A stretch of DNA of 64,000 bases from Candidatus Levybacteria bacterium RIFCSPHIGHO2_01_FULL_41_15 (GTDB lineage Bacteria; Patescibacteriota; Microgenomatia; Levybacterales; UBA12049), in NCBI GenBank assembly GCA_001782165.1, contig MFNV01000009.1, positions 122,283-186,282 of the forward strand. The letters are read 5' to 3'. A model generated the notes under the pieces. It did not search any database. It saw nothing but the letters and a program-made list of their open reading frames with translations, and was not told the DNA's origin. Both the position numbers and the translations under genes were made by a program. Positions 35,834 through 46,293 of the stretch are shown piece by piece (position 1 is the first letter of the stretch; each line of letters starts with the position of its first letter).

Positions 35834-36781
35834 ATGGACTTCTTCGATGTGGTAACAGTCGGAAAAGCGACCCTCGATATCTTTCTTTTTTCAAAGGAGT
35901 CAAACAAACATTTTCGCCTAGACAGGGAGACGCATGAGATTTGTATTAAGTCAGGAGATAAGGCTATCGTAGACAGTTCTTACTTTCTTACCGGAGGAAA
36001 CGCAAATAATGTTGCGATTGGACTCTCAAGAATGGGTTTTAAGGCAGCTATAATTGCCGAGATTGGCGCTGACGAGTTCTCTCAGAAAATCATAAATACT
36101 CTAAAGAAAGAGGGAGTTTCTACCTCTTTTCTTAAGCAAACGCCTCATCAGCCTTCTTCTTTTTCTGTAATCTTAAATGTTCAAGGCGATAGAACGATTT
36201 TTGAGGAAAATATAGTAAGAGAACATGATTTTTCTTTTGAAGGAGTTAATACTAAATGGATATATCTTACATCGATGGAAAATAAATGGCAGAAAGCTTA
36301 CGAGAAAACTTTAGATTTTGTAAAGAAAAATAATGTTAAGCTTGCCTTTAATCCCGGTACGACTCAATTGGATGATGATTTAAGTCAAATAGAAGAGACA
36401 ATTGCACTTTCTGAAATTCTTTTTGTAAATAAAGAAGAGGCGGCAAGAATCTGCGGGTTTGAAATTACAAATGATGAAAGTTTTGTCCCCCATCTTTTGT
36501 CTCAAGTTAAAAGTAAAGGTGCAAAGACGGTCGTTATAACAGACGGAGCAAGAGGAGCTTTTATGATTGACAGTCTAGGGACTGTCCATTTTGGTGAACC
36601 TTCGGAGGCCTCCGTTCTCGAGAGAACTGGTGCTGGGGATGCTTTTGCAAGCGGATTTTTAAGCGCAGTTTTGGCAAGTTTGTCAGGAGAAGATGCCATG
36701 AAGTGGGGTTCTAAGAATGCAAGTTCGGTTATAGGTAAAATCGGGGCCCAGGAAGGTTTGTTAAAAAAAGATAGTATTTAA
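35834..36781 (+). CDS. PfkB-family carbohydrate kinase
   Basis: 315 aa with N-terminal GG motif (FLTGGNANNVAIGLSRMGF) and C-terminal TGAGDAFASGFL. Confidence 0.8.
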   Translation: MDFFDVVTVGKATLDIFLFSKESNKHFRLDRETHEICIKSGDKAIVDSSYFLTGGNANNVAIGLSRMGFKAAIIAEIGADEFSQKIINTLKKEGVSTSFLKQTPHQPSSFSVILNVQGDRTIFEENIVREHDFSFEGVNTKWIYLTSMENKWQKAYEKTLDFVKKNNVKLAFNPGTTQLDDDLSQIEETIALSEILFVNKEEAARICGFEITNDESFVPHLLSQVKSKGAKTVVITDGARGAFMIDSLGTVHFGEPSEASVLERTGAGDAFASGFLSAVLASLSGEDAMKWGSKNASSVIGKIGAQEGLLKKDSI

Positions 36782-36782
36782 T

Positions 36783-37709
36783 ATGACTAAAGATCTTGGA
36801 TATAATAAATTTCTTTTTATTCTTCCCTTTGATCATAGGTCTTCATTTGAAAAAGGGATGTTCGGAGTTGAGGAACAAGGCTTGACTCCTGAGATTATCG
36901 AAAAAATTAAAGAGGAAAAACAAATAATCTATGCAGGATTTAAAAAGGCAGTTTCAGAAAAGATTCCAAAAGGACTTGCAGCAATTTTGGTGGATGAACA
37001 ATTCGGAGATGAAATATTAAAAAATGCGATAAAAGAAAGTTATGTTACTTTACTGACAACAGAAAAAAGTGGGCAAGATGAATTTGTTTTTGAATATGGT
37101 GATCAATTTGGTGAACATATTAAAAAATACAATCCTGTTTTTGCCAAGGCATTAGTGCGTTATAACCCAGAAGATAAGCAAGATTTAAAAAATAGACAGA
37201 GAGCAAGCCTTAAGAAGTTGAGTGATTTTTGTCATAGTAACGATTATAAGTTTTTACTCGAGGTGTTAATTGAGGCTCTGGAAAATCAGCTCTTAAGAGT
37301 CAATGGAAATAAAAAAAGATACGATAAAGAATTAAGACCTCATCTTGCAGTCGAGGTCGTAAAAGAGCTTCAAGAAGAGGCAATTGAACCAGACGTTTGG
37401 AAAATGGAGGGAATGGAAACAGAAGAAGATTATAAAGCGCTTGTCAATCAAGCAAGAACTAATGGGCGGAAAGGTGTTGGCGTTGTGGTCTTAGGACGTG
37501 GAGCTGAAAAAGAAGAAGTTGAAAAGTGGATAGTAAATGGAGCAAAAGTTGAAGGAGTCATAGGTTTTGCGGTAGGAAGAACAATATTTTGGAATCCCTT
37601 GGCCGATTTTACAAACGGAAAAACAACAGAGGATGACGCGGTAGACCGGATAAGCAAAAATTATGAATATTACTGTGATTTATTTTTAAGACAAAAAGGG
37701 ATCTTATGA
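36783..37709 (+). CDS. DUF2090-like protein (putative sugar-phosphate aldolase partner of the PfkB kinase)
   Basis: 308 aa; FILPFDHRSSFEKGMFG N-terminus. The family is frequently fused or adjacent to PfkB kinases in inositol/sugar pathways. Confidence 0.4.
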   Translation: MTKDLGYNKFLFILPFDHRSSFEKGMFGVEEQGLTPEIIEKIKEEKQIIYAGFKKAVSEKIPKGLAAILVDEQFGDEILKNAIKESYVTLLTTEKSGQDEFVFEYGDQFGEHIKKYNPVFAKALVRYNPEDKQDLKNRQRASLKKLSDFCHSNDYKFLLEVLIEALENQLLRVNGNKKRYDKELRPHLAVEVVKELQEEAIEPDVWKMEGMETEEDYKALVNQARTNGRKGVGVVVLGRGAEKEEVEKWIVNGAKVEGVIGFAVGRTIFWNPLADFTNGKTTEDDAVDRISKNYEYYCDLFLRQKGIL

Positions 37710-38170
37710 AGGTTTATTTGGGAGCTGACCATAGGGGGTTTAATCTTAAAGGAAAAATTAAGAATTGGCTTTCAGAAAATAAATTTTCAACAGATGACTT
37801 AGGCGCATTTTCTTACGATCCAAATGACGATTACCCTCTCTTTGCAGAAAAAGTCGCAAATTCTGTTTCCTCTGATATTAATAAGGGGCTTGAATCAAGG
37901 GGAATTGTAATTTGTGGATCCGGAGTCGGAGTTGATATTGTCGCAAATAAATTTAAACATATCAGAAGCGGCCTCGCCTTAAACCTAAAACAGGTCGCGC
38001 AAGCGCGAAAAGATGATGACATCAATGTGCTTTCAATTCCCTCCGACTTTATGTCAGAAGAAGCAAAAGAGATTGTCAAAATTTTTCTTGCGACCCCTTT
38101 TTCCAAAGAAGAGAAAAAGATTAGAAGACTCAAGGAAATTGACGAAATAGAAAATGCAAAAAAGTTTTAA
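37706..38170 (+). CDS. rpiB: ribose-5-phosphate isomerase B (RpiB/LacA/LacB family)
   Basis: 154 aa; GADHRGF...IVICGSGVGVDIVANK. Confidence 0.85.
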   Translation: MKVYLGADHRGFNLKGKIKNWLSENKFSTDDLGAFSYDPNDDYPLFAEKVANSVSSDINKGLESRGIVICGSGVGVDIVANKFKHIRSGLALNLKQVAQARKDDDINVLSIPSDFMSEEAKEIVKIFLATPFSKEEKKIRRLKEIDEIENAKKF

Positions 38171-38807
38171 TCTCATAATTCCAGGGATTCTTGAAAAGGA
38201 TTGGGAAGAAATTGAGAAAAAAATTCAACTTGTTCTTCCTTTTGCAAAAGCAATACATATAGATATTATTGACGGGAAATTTGCTCCAAACTCTACCTTC
38301 ATGGATCCCGGCCCTTTTAAAAAATACACAAAAGATATTCAATTTGAACTTCATATGATGGTCGAGGAGCCAATAAACTTTTTAAAGCCTTGGGCTGATG
38401 CTGGATTTGTGAGATTTATCGGACAGATTGAGAAGATGTCCGATCAGATAAAGTTTGTTGCTAAGGCTCAATTATTAGGAGAAGTAGGACTTGCAATTGA
38501 TGGTCCAACCGAGATAGAAAAAATAGAAGCTCCATTTGATGATTTAGATGTAATACTTTTTATGACTATTAAGGCAGGAGCCTCTGGCCAACAATTTGTT
38601 CCAGAGAATTTGGAAAAAGTGAGAAAAATTAGAGGAAAGACGTCTATTCCTATTGAGGTTGATGGTGGAATTAATGATCCAACAATTATTCAAGCCAAAG
38701 AATGTGGCGTGAATCGTTTTGTCACCACATCGTTTCTTTTTAATGGGGATCCCTCGGAAAATTATAGAAAGCTTAAGGCTCTTATTGATTGGGAGGTGAT
38801 AATATGA
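38154..38807 (+). CDS. rpe: ribulose-phosphate 3-epimerase
   Basis: 217 aa; IHIDIIDGKFAPN...HMMV...VDGGIN. Confidence 0.85.
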   Translation: MQKSFNLIIPGILEKDWEEIEKKIQLVLPFAKAIHIDIIDGKFAPNSTFMDPGPFKKYTKDIQFELHMMVEEPINFLKPWADAGFVRFIGQIEKMSDQIKFVAKAQLLGEVGLAIDGPTEIEKIEAPFDDLDVILFMTIKAGASGQQFVPENLEKVRKIRGKTSIPIEVDGGINDPTIIQAKECGVNRFVTTSFLFNGDPSENYRKLKALIDWEVII

Positions 38808-38983
38808 CTGATGGAAAAGGAGGAAAAGAAAAACTTTTGGAGGTTTCAGGAATCATTGCTATTGTGTATGGAATAGGAACTTATCTTGTTGAAAGTTTGA
38901 GCTGGCCAGTTTATGGAGCTTTTATAGCAGGCGGGATGATCCTTGTTTTTTTAGCATGGGCAAAAAGATCGATGCAAGAATAA
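38789..38983 (+). CDS. small membrane protein
   Basis: 64 aa with two hydrophobic helices, overlapping the rpe stop. Confidence 0.3.
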   Translation: MGGDNMTDGKGGKEKLLEVSGIIAIVYGIGTYLVESLSWPVYGAFIAGGMILVFLAWAKRSMQE

Positions 38984-38986
38984 TAA

Positions 38987-41197
38987 TTAAGGCGTCTTTT
39001 GTGGTGATGGGGATGGTCTTTTGAAAGCACAGTTTACAAAATTTTCCGTCCCTTTTATGAAATATTCATTACGACTAAGACACTGTTTCTGGACAATATC
39101 AGATGGGATAGAATACTTTTCATCCTTCTTGGAAGACAAAAGATTTTCCATTATCCTATGCCAAATCGGAGCGGCACCTGTAATTCCCGATGCTAAACTC
39201 TGATTCATCGGACTATTGTCGTTGTTTCCCACCCAGACAGCCACCAGATAGGAAGGAGTGTATCCGATTGTCCAATTGTCTCTCTTATTATCAGAGGTTC
39301 CTGTCTTTACTGAAACCGTTCGACCCTTAATGACAAGAGGAGAATTTGTGCCAAATTCCATTTCTCTTGCCTTATTGTCCGATAAAATATCTGAAATCAT
39401 AAATGTTACTCCCTCGTCCAATACTTTTATTTTTTCATTCCCTTTTTTCTCAAGAGCGTGACCCTTGGAGTCGGTTACCTCCAAGATAGGATTTAGATCA
39501 ACTCTATACCCCTGATTTGCAAGTACCCCATAAACAGTTGCCATATCAATCATTCGGACTTCTGCTCCGCCGAGTGTTATTGAGAGTCCATAGTCTTTTG
39601 GATCTTTCCATGTAGTTATTCCCATTTTCTTTCCCAGCTCAAGCATAGCCGGGATTCCTATTGCATTTAAGATTTTAACAGCAGGAATATTTACAGAATT
39701 CGAAAGAGCCTGTCTTATTGTCAAAGGTCCATGGAATCTCCCGTCATAATTAACCGGTGAGTAGGAGGGGCCACCATTTTGGGTAAAAGTTATAGGAGCG
39801 TCTTCTACAATTGTTGCTGCTGTAAAGCCTTTTTGAAGAGCGGCTGAATAAGTGACTGCTTTAATACTTGATCCAGGCTGTCTTAAAGCAAGCGTTACAT
39901 TATAGTTTCCGCCTTCTAGGTCCGAGTAGTCCTTGCTTCCTACCATTGCCAAGACATCTCCCGTCAAGGGTGCAGTTACCAGAGACGCACCGTTTGTGAG
40001 GGCAAGATATAAAGATTTTTCAATCTCCTCCTTTGTAATTTTTTCTGCCATTCCCTGTATTTTTAAGTCAAGAGATGTCCTGACCATGAGGCCACCTTTT
40101 TCTACAATGGGCAGTCCGTACTTCTTAATTAGAAGATCTTTAATATACATCACGAAGTGGGGAGCACGAATAGGATCTAAAGTTCTTTGAAAATTAAATT
40201 CAATTTTATTTGCTTCATCTGCTTGCTTCTTACTTATGAATTTCTGCTCAACCATTTTTTTGAGTACCTCTTCTCTTCTTTTTTTCCAAAGATTCGGATT
40301 GTTTCCATAAGGAGAGTAAACAGTTGGAGCATTGGGAAGGCCGGCTAAAAAGGCTGACTCGGACAAATTAAGATCTTTTGCACGCTTTCCAAAATATGTT
40401 TGCGAAGCCGCTTCAACTCCCCAGGCGGTCCCTCCATAAGGAATCTGATTAAGATACATCTCAAAAATTTCTTCCTTTTTGTAAATTTTTTCAGCCCAGA
40501 AAGCCAATATTATCTCCTTTATTTTTCTGGTAATACTTTTTTCAGGATTAAGAAGTTTTGATTTAATAAGCTGTTGTGTGATGGTTGATCCTCCCTGAAG
40601 AGGTTTTCCCGAAAGGTTTGAGAGTAAGGACCGTGCAATTGCTTCTATATTAAATCCGGGATTTGAATAAAAATCATTATCCTCGATTGCAATCGTTGCC
40701 TCCCTAAGATATTTGGGCGTATCTGATAGCGGAATTTGGGTTCTGTTTTCTGTTGCATAAATCTGGTACAAAAGATTTCCGTTCCTGTCATAAATTTTAG
40801 TTGTTAGTGCATTATCTGACAAAGCGAGAATTTTTGGATTGGGAAGGTCCTGGATAAAAATGAAAGAAAGAAGAGGGATGAATATAAAGATAGACGAGAA
40901 TAAGAATCCAACAAGGAAAAATTTCATTTTTACAGACAATGGAACAGGGAAAATTGAGATTTTCTTGGTCTTTGTTTTTGGGTAAAATCTTAATGTTCTT
41001 ATAAAGAATGAAAATCGATTGCCAAAAACTCTAAGAGAGTCTTTAACGGAAGACAGAAGAGCAGAAGATCCTGAAGGAACCCATTCCGAAGTTTTTCTTA
41101 TAAATTTTATAATTTTTTCAAAAAGGAATAGAGTTATATCTCCTATCCTGATAAGAATTTTTACAATCAGAATGACGATGCTTGATAAGACTTTCAT
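38987..41197 (-). CDS. class A penicillin-binding protein (glycosyltransferase GT51 + transpeptidase), paralog 1
   Basis: 736 aa with GT51 motifs EDNDFYSNPGFN, GGSTITQQLIK and transpeptidase SxxK/SxN/KTG blocks. The likely true start is the Met at 40927 (MKFFLVGFLF). Confidence 0.85.
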   Translation of the reverse strand: MKVLSSIVILIVKILIRIGDITLFLFEKIIKFIRKTSEWVPSGSSALLSSVKDSLRVFGNRFSFFIRTLRFYPKTKTKKISIFPVPLSVKMKFFLVGFLFSSIFIFIPLLSFIFIQDLPNPKILALSDNALTTKIYDRNGNLLYQIYATENRTQIPLSDTPKYLREATIAIEDNDFYSNPGFNIEAIARSLLSNLSGKPLQGGSTITQQLIKSKLLNPEKSITRKIKEIILAFWAEKIYKKEEIFEMYLNQIPYGGTAWGVEAASQTYFGKRAKDLNLSESAFLAGLPNAPTVYSPYGNNPNLWKKRREEVLKKMVEQKFISKKQADEANKIEFNFQRTLDPIRAPHFVMYIKDLLIKKYGLPIVEKGGLMVRTSLDLKIQGMAEKITKEEIEKSLYLALTNGASLVTAPLTGDVLAMVGSKDYSDLEGGNYNVTLALRQPGSSIKAVTYSAALQKGFTAATIVEDAPITFTQNGGPSYSPVNYDGRFHGPLTIRQALSNSVNIPAVKILNAIGIPAMLELGKKMGITTWKDPKDYGLSITLGGAEVRMIDMATVYGVLANQGYRVDLNPILEVTDSKGHALEKKGNEKIKVLDEGVTFMISDILSDNKAREMEFGTNSPLVIKGRTVSVKTGTSDNKRDNWTIGYTPSYLVAVWVGNNDNSPMNQSLASGITGAAPIWHRIMENLLSSKKDEKYSIPSDIVQKQCLSRNEYFIKGTENFVNCAFKRPSPSPQKTP

Positions 41198-41261
41198 ATC
41201 CTAAGAGCAGAGAAAAGCAGAGGAATTATACTATAGGCGATAGCTATTTTAAAGAGGCATT

Positions 41262-43433
41262 TTAAGGACTGGGGGACGGAGAAGGAGATGGATGTGCGCA
41301 ACTCAGGCAATAAGCGTCTCCGGTTGGGTCTTTAATAATAGTTTGTTTTTTAACTTCTGTATTGGCGTCTCCCTCCTTTGCCATCTCCTGAGTATCTTTA
41401 TTTACCCATACATCTTGATTGGTGATACTTATGCCTCCCTTAAACTCCGTTCCAAGGATGAAATACTCAAACCGGGTCTTACAAGAGTTTCCCTTCCCTG
41501 GAATAGAGCCGGTATCTTCACATACTGCTTTTTGTATTATTCCTCCCGGTCTTTGGAATGGTTCAGGAGGTTTTCCCTTAAGAAGATTTTCCATTATATC
41601 ATGCCAGATTGGCGCTGCTCCAGTTATTCCTGATACAAGGCCGCCCATGGGGCTCCCGTCATTATTTCCAACCCATATGGCAACAACATAGGAAGGAGTA
41701 AAACCTATTGTCCAGTTGTCTTTGAAATCATTTGTGGTTCCAGTTTTTACAGCAACGGGAAGGTTACCGATCCTAAGAGGTGAATTTGCACCAAATGCCA
41801 TTTCTCTTGCCCTATTGTCGGAGAGAATGTCGGATATTATAAATGCTACCCCTTCAGGAATTACCTTTTTGCCAAAGATTGGCGAAGAAGGAGGTTTATA
41901 TTCCTCAAGAACTTTCCCTTTCCCATCAACGACCTTAAGAATTGGATGCAAAGGAATTTTGTATCCTCCGTTTGCAAAAACTCCAAAAGCCTGTGCCATA
42001 TCAACCATGGTAACTTCTCCCCCCCCCAACGTTAGAGAAAGACCATATCTGTCAGGACTTTCAAATGTACTAATTCCCATAGCAGATGCTGTTTCTATCA
42101 TTGTCTCAAGTCCGTTGAGCTTAAGCATTTTAACGGCAGGTATATTTATAGAATTTGCAAGAGCAAATCTCATTTGCATTACACCATGAAATCTTCCGTC
42201 ATAATTAACAGGACAATAAGGACGCTGTCCCGGATTAGGGAAACATATCCTCTGATCAATAAAAGGAGTTGCGGCAGTGTACCCCTTTATAAGTCCTGTT
42301 GCGTAATTTATTGGTTTAATACTTGATCCAGGCTGTCTTTCCGCCAAAGTTACATTAACATTTCCGTCATTTTCGGTATCAAAATAATCTCGGCTTCCAA
42401 CCATTGCGAGTATTTCTCCTGTTCCTGGTCTTGTAACCAAACCTGCCCCGTTATTCGCATTTGCATATTTTATTCTTTTCACTTCCGCAGAAATAGTTGC
42501 TTGTGCCATTGCCTGAATCTTTAGGTCAAGACTTGTTGTAACCTTAAGCCCTCCCTCCTCAACAGTCTTTTCCCCATACTTTTTGACCAGAAGATCCTTG
42601 ACATAGAGAACAAAGTGAGGAGCTTTTATAGTATTTGACAGATTTTTATATTTCAGAGGTTCTCTTAAAGCTTTATCAAACTCCCTTTTGCTGATATGTT
42701 TCTGCTCATACGTCCTTCTTAAAACTTCCTCCTGTCTTTTTTTGGCAAGTTCAGGATGGGCTCCAAAAGGAGAATAAGTGGTCGGAGCCTCAGGGAGCGC
42801 AGCAAGAAGAGAACTCTCTGAGAGAGTAAGATCTTTTGCACGCTTTCCAAAATATGTTTGCGAAGCCGCTTCAACTCCCCAGGCGGTCCCTCCATATGGG
42901 GTTTGGTTAAGATACATTTCAAGTATTTTGTTCTTAGGATAAAGAGCTTCTGTTGCAAAAGAAAGAAGAACTTCCTTGACTTTCCTTTTGATAGTTCTTT
43001 CCTGAGTAAGAAGGCTGTTTTTCACAAGCTGCTGAGTGATGGTTGATCCTCCTTGGAGCCTGCCATAAAAAATTATAGAAATTGCCGATCTGACAATCCC
43101 TTTTATATCAATAGGCCCATGCTCATAGAAATCCTTATCCTCTATTGCTATTGTGGCTTCTTGCATGTGTTTGGGAATAGAAGAAAGAGGCACAAAGGTT
43201 TGGTTTTTCTTTCCGTAAATTGTAAAGAGAAGCTCCCCGTTCCTGTCATAAATTTGGGACGAGTAAGATGCGCTGTTTACCGAAAGGCGGGTTGGAGAAG
43301 GGAGGTCTTTTAATATAGATATGTAAAACATAACGAACCCCAAAAAGATAAAAATAATCGGGAGGGCATATCTTTTTTTAATAAGTTTCTTAACAAAATC
43401 TTTAACTTTCTTGGTATACTTATCTTCTGGCAT
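41262..43433 (-). CDS. class A penicillin-binding protein, paralog 2
   Basis: 723 aa; EDKDFYEHGPID, GGSTITQQLVK, transpeptidase motifs, and a C-terminal PSPSPSP tail. Confidence 0.85.
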   Translation of the reverse strand: MPEDKYTKKVKDFVKKLIKKRYALPIIFIFLGFVMFYISILKDLPSPTRLSVNSASYSSQIYDRNGELLFTIYGKKNQTFVPLSSIPKHMQEATIAIEDKDFYEHGPIDIKGIVRSAISIIFYGRLQGGSTITQQLVKNSLLTQERTIKRKVKEVLLSFATEALYPKNKILEMYLNQTPYGGTAWGVEAASQTYFGKRAKDLTLSESSLLAALPEAPTTYSPFGAHPELAKKRQEEVLRRTYEQKHISKREFDKALREPLKYKNLSNTIKAPHFVLYVKDLLVKKYGEKTVEEGGLKVTTSLDLKIQAMAQATISAEVKRIKYANANNGAGLVTRPGTGEILAMVGSRDYFDTENDGNVNVTLAERQPGSSIKPINYATGLIKGYTAATPFIDQRICFPNPGQRPYCPVNYDGRFHGVMQMRFALANSINIPAVKMLKLNGLETMIETASAMGISTFESPDRYGLSLTLGGGEVTMVDMAQAFGVFANGGYKIPLHPILKVVDGKGKVLEEYKPPSSPIFGKKVIPEGVAFIISDILSDNRAREMAFGANSPLRIGNLPVAVKTGTTNDFKDNWTIGFTPSYVVAIWVGNNDGSPMGGLVSGITGAAPIWHDIMENLLKGKPPEPFQRPGGIIQKAVCEDTGSIPGKGNSCKTRFEYFILGTEFKGGISITNQDVWVNKDTQEMAKEGDANTEVKKQTIIKDPTGDAYCLSCAHPSPSPSPSP

Positions 43434-43481
43434 AGCCTATATGATACCATTTAAAATAATACCAATACAATTGTTCTCTGT

Positions 43482-44516
43482 ATGAATTTTGCAAATTTTT
43501 TAGAATCTTTCTTAAACACCTTTTCTCTTTCGGGTCTTAATCTAAACTGGGTTGATTTTGCCATCATTGTCGGGCTTATATTTTACGCAGTTGAGGGATA
43601 TTCCTTGGGTTTTGCGGCAGCTGCCCTTGATCTTATTAGTTTTGTAATTTCATTTGTTTTCGGACTTAAAACCTATTCAATAGTAGGAAATTTTCTTAAA
43701 ACAACTTTTTCTATATCTTCGGGATTTTCAAATGCATTGGGTTTTTTAATAGCAGCCTCTTTTTTGGAAATAATCCTTGGGATTGCCTTAAGAAAAATTG
43801 TTTACGGAAAATACTTTGACAGATTTACCTTAAAAGGGAGTTTTTTTAAAAATTCAGATAAGGCACTCGGCACTTTTTTTGGCCTTCTTTCAGGTCTTAT
43901 TCTTTTTGCGTTTCTTCTTACAGTAGTAATTGCCCTTCCCGTATCCCCTTTTCTTAAACATTCAGTTTCAGACTCAAGAATCGGAAGCTTATTGGTTTCA
44001 CGGACTCAGGGTTTTGAAAAAGAATTCAATAATATTTTTGGGGGAGCGGTAAATGAAACACTGAACTTTCTGACAGTTGAACCGAGGGGAAATGAGAAAG
44101 TTGATTTAAGATTCAGAACCCAAAAACTTTCGATTGATGGAAAAGCAGAGACAGAAATGCTTAATTTAGTAAACAAAGAAAGAACATCGAGGGGTTTAAG
44201 ACCTGTTTTGGCGGATAATCTCTTAAGAGAGGTTGGGAGAAACCACTGCAAAGACATGTTTGAAAGGGGATATTTTTCGCACTACACCCCGGAAGGATTA
44301 TCGCCTTTTGATAGAATGGCAGAGGCTGATGTAATCTTTAATTATGCGGGGGAAAATTTAGCGCTTGCCCCAAACGTTACTGTTGCAATGCAGGGATTAA
44401 TGCAAAGTCCTGGGCATAAAGCAAATATTTTATCTCCGAATTTTGGTAGAATTGGAGTCGGAGTAATCGATGGAGGAATTTATGGAGAAATGTTCTGTCA
44501 GGAGTTCGCGAACTAA
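43482..44516 (+). CDS. CvpA-family membrane domain fused to secreted CAP/SCP (PR-1-like, YkwD-like) domain
   Basis: 344 aa with an N-terminal 4-TM CvpA-like region and a C-terminal NHCKDMFERGYFSHYTPEG...GENLA...SPGHKANIL CAP signature. Confidence 0.6.
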   Translation: MNFANFLESFLNTFSLSGLNLNWVDFAIIVGLIFYAVEGYSLGFAAAALDLISFVISFVFGLKTYSIVGNFLKTTFSISSGFSNALGFLIAASFLEIILGIALRKIVYGKYFDRFTLKGSFFKNSDKALGTFFGLLSGLILFAFLLTVVIALPVSPFLKHSVSDSRIGSLLVSRTQGFEKEFNNIFGGAVNETLNFLTVEPRGNEKVDLRFRTQKLSIDGKAETEMLNLVNKERTSRGLRPVLADNLLREVGRNHCKDMFERGYFSHYTPEGLSPFDRMAEADVIFNYAGENLALAPNVTVAMQGLMQSPGHKANILSPNFGRIGVGVIDGGIYGEMFCQEFAN

Positions 44517-44596
44517 AGAAGTTAGTTCGAAGTTTGGTTATTGGTTATTCGTAAAAAAACGAAGAGCGAACTAGCAAACTAACTAATAACTGTCAA

Positions 44597-45739
44597 ATGA
44601 TTAAACTTCCGAATTTAAGAAATGCAGATGTAAAAGGTAAGAGAGTATTTCTCCGATTGGATTTAGATGTTCCACTCACGCAACACTTAACAATTGCAGA
44701 TGATACAAGGCTTAAGGATAGCCTTGAGACGCTGAACTTTCTTCTTGAAAATGGAGCAACTGTAATTATTGGAGGTCATCTTGGGAGACCTGATCATAAA
44801 TTCAAAAGTCAAAAGTCAAAATTCAAAATTGAAGAAAACAAATTTTCTTTAAAACCTGTTGCACAGTGGTTTGGAAAAGAATTTAAAATTGAGAATTTAA
44901 AATTGAAAATTGAAAATTTTGAAGGGCTAAGGGGTTGGAGAATTACAGACAGTTTATTTTTGCTCGAAAATCTAAGGTTTGATCCGGGAGAGGAGGCAAA
45001 CCCTTCGACAAGTCCTTTGACCATGAGCTCAGGGTTGAATGACTCAGGGCAAGTTTTTGCAAAAAAACTTGCAAGCCTTGCGGATATTTATGTTAATGAT
45101 GCTTTTGCATCTTCACATCGTGCCCATGCATCAATTGTTGGAACTGCAAAACTTCTGCCTCATTTTGCCGGTTTACAACTTGCACGAGAAATAGAAACCC
45201 TCTCTTATCTTTTGGAAAACCCAAAAAGACCATTGGTTGTGATAATAGGTGGCGCAAAAATAGAAACAAAACTTCCCTTAGTTTCGAAGATGCATAAGTT
45301 CGCAGACTATGTTTTGGTCGGGGGAAAAATTGCGGAAGAGACTCGAGTTTTGCTTAAAGTTCAACACGAAAAAGTGGAAAACCGAAAATCAGCTCTTTTG
45401 GTTGCGGATTTGAATAATGAGCAAACTGATGTTACCCCAAAAGACGTTGAGAATTTTGTACAGATAGTTAATCTTTCCCAAACTGTAGTTTGGAATGGTC
45501 CAATCGGGGTTACTGAAGGAAAAGAGGGCAATTATGAAATAGCATCTTACAAACTTGCGAAAGGAATCATCGACGTAGGAGCTTATTCTGTAGTCGGAGG
45601 AGGGGATACCATTGGATACCTTAAAAAGGTGGGATTATTAAACAAATTTTCTTTTGTTTCAACAGGCGGCGGCGCCATGCTCGAATTTCTTTCAGGAGAA
45701 AATTTACCGGGGATCGAAGCTCTGATTGAAAAAAGTTAA
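44597..45739 (+). CDS. pgk: phosphoglycerate kinase
   Basis: 380 aa with PGK N- and C-domain motifs (RLDLDVPL, ...GGGA.LE). It contains a low-complexity insert KFKSQKSKFKIEENKF...KIENLKLKIENFEG, which is encoded by the genome-wide aaattcaaaat repeat. Confidence 0.85.
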   Translation: MIKLPNLRNADVKGKRVFLRLDLDVPLTQHLTIADDTRLKDSLETLNFLLENGATVIIGGHLGRPDHKFKSQKSKFKIEENKFSLKPVAQWFGKEFKIENLKLKIENFEGLRGWRITDSLFLLENLRFDPGEEANPSTSPLTMSSGLNDSGQVFAKKLASLADIYVNDAFASSHRAHASIVGTAKLLPHFAGLQLAREIETLSYLLENPKRPLVVIIGGAKIETKLPLVSKMHKFADYVLVGGKIAEETRVLLKVQHEKVENRKSALLVADLNNEQTDVTPKDVENFVQIVNLSQTVVWNGPIGVTEGKEGNYEIASYKLAKGIIDVGAYSVVGGGDTIGYLKKVGLLNKFSFVSTGGGAMLEFLSGENLPGIEALIEKS

Positions 45740-46248
45740 TCTCTAAGTTTATCTTCGATGTGTCCGACAGAAACTTGAATGCTCGGATATTTGGTCCCGT
45801 ACATCTCAGTAAACGCACCTTCTACAAATCTTACATCCCCGATTGCTACAGGAAGCTCGTCGTGAGAGAATCCAAATAAATATGCCGCAACATCTATAGC
45901 CATAAGTCCTTCGCTTTTGGGATCTTTAATTCCTAACACATTTTGACCAGTCTGCTTAAATCCATAAGAATCAGTTACCTTTCTATCGAACTGAACCCAT
46001 ACATCCCCAAATTTCAAAGGCGCATATACTGGCTCAAATCTCCTCCACAAATCCACAGCCTCAAAGCATGCAAGGGGTCTAAGACTCATTAATGTGAATC
46101 GAACCAGATCTAAACCAGTGATAAAATACCTGTACGCTTTAAGATAAGTATCTTTTTCGCCTAATGAAAGCCTTTGTGACAAGTGAACATTTACAGGAAT
46201 ATCAAATGTCGGAAGAGATCTTCCACCTTCTAGTTTTCTGTTCGGCAT
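45736..46248 (-). CDS. hypothetical protein
   Basis: 170 aa with no recognised motif. Its start overlaps the pgk stop on the opposite strand. Confidence 0.35.
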   Translation of the reverse strand: MPNRKLEGGRSLPTFDIPVNVHLSQRLSLGEKDTYLKAYRYFITGLDLVRFTLMSLRPLACFEAVDLWRRFEPVYAPLKFGDVWVQFDRKVTDSYGFKQTGQNVLGIKDPKSEGLMAIDVAAYLFGFSHDELPVAIGDVRFVEGAFTEMYGTKYPSIQVSVGHIEDKLRD

Positions 46249-46293
46249 AATCCGAGTATTATAGGATAAAAAAAAGAGGAAATCAAGATATGA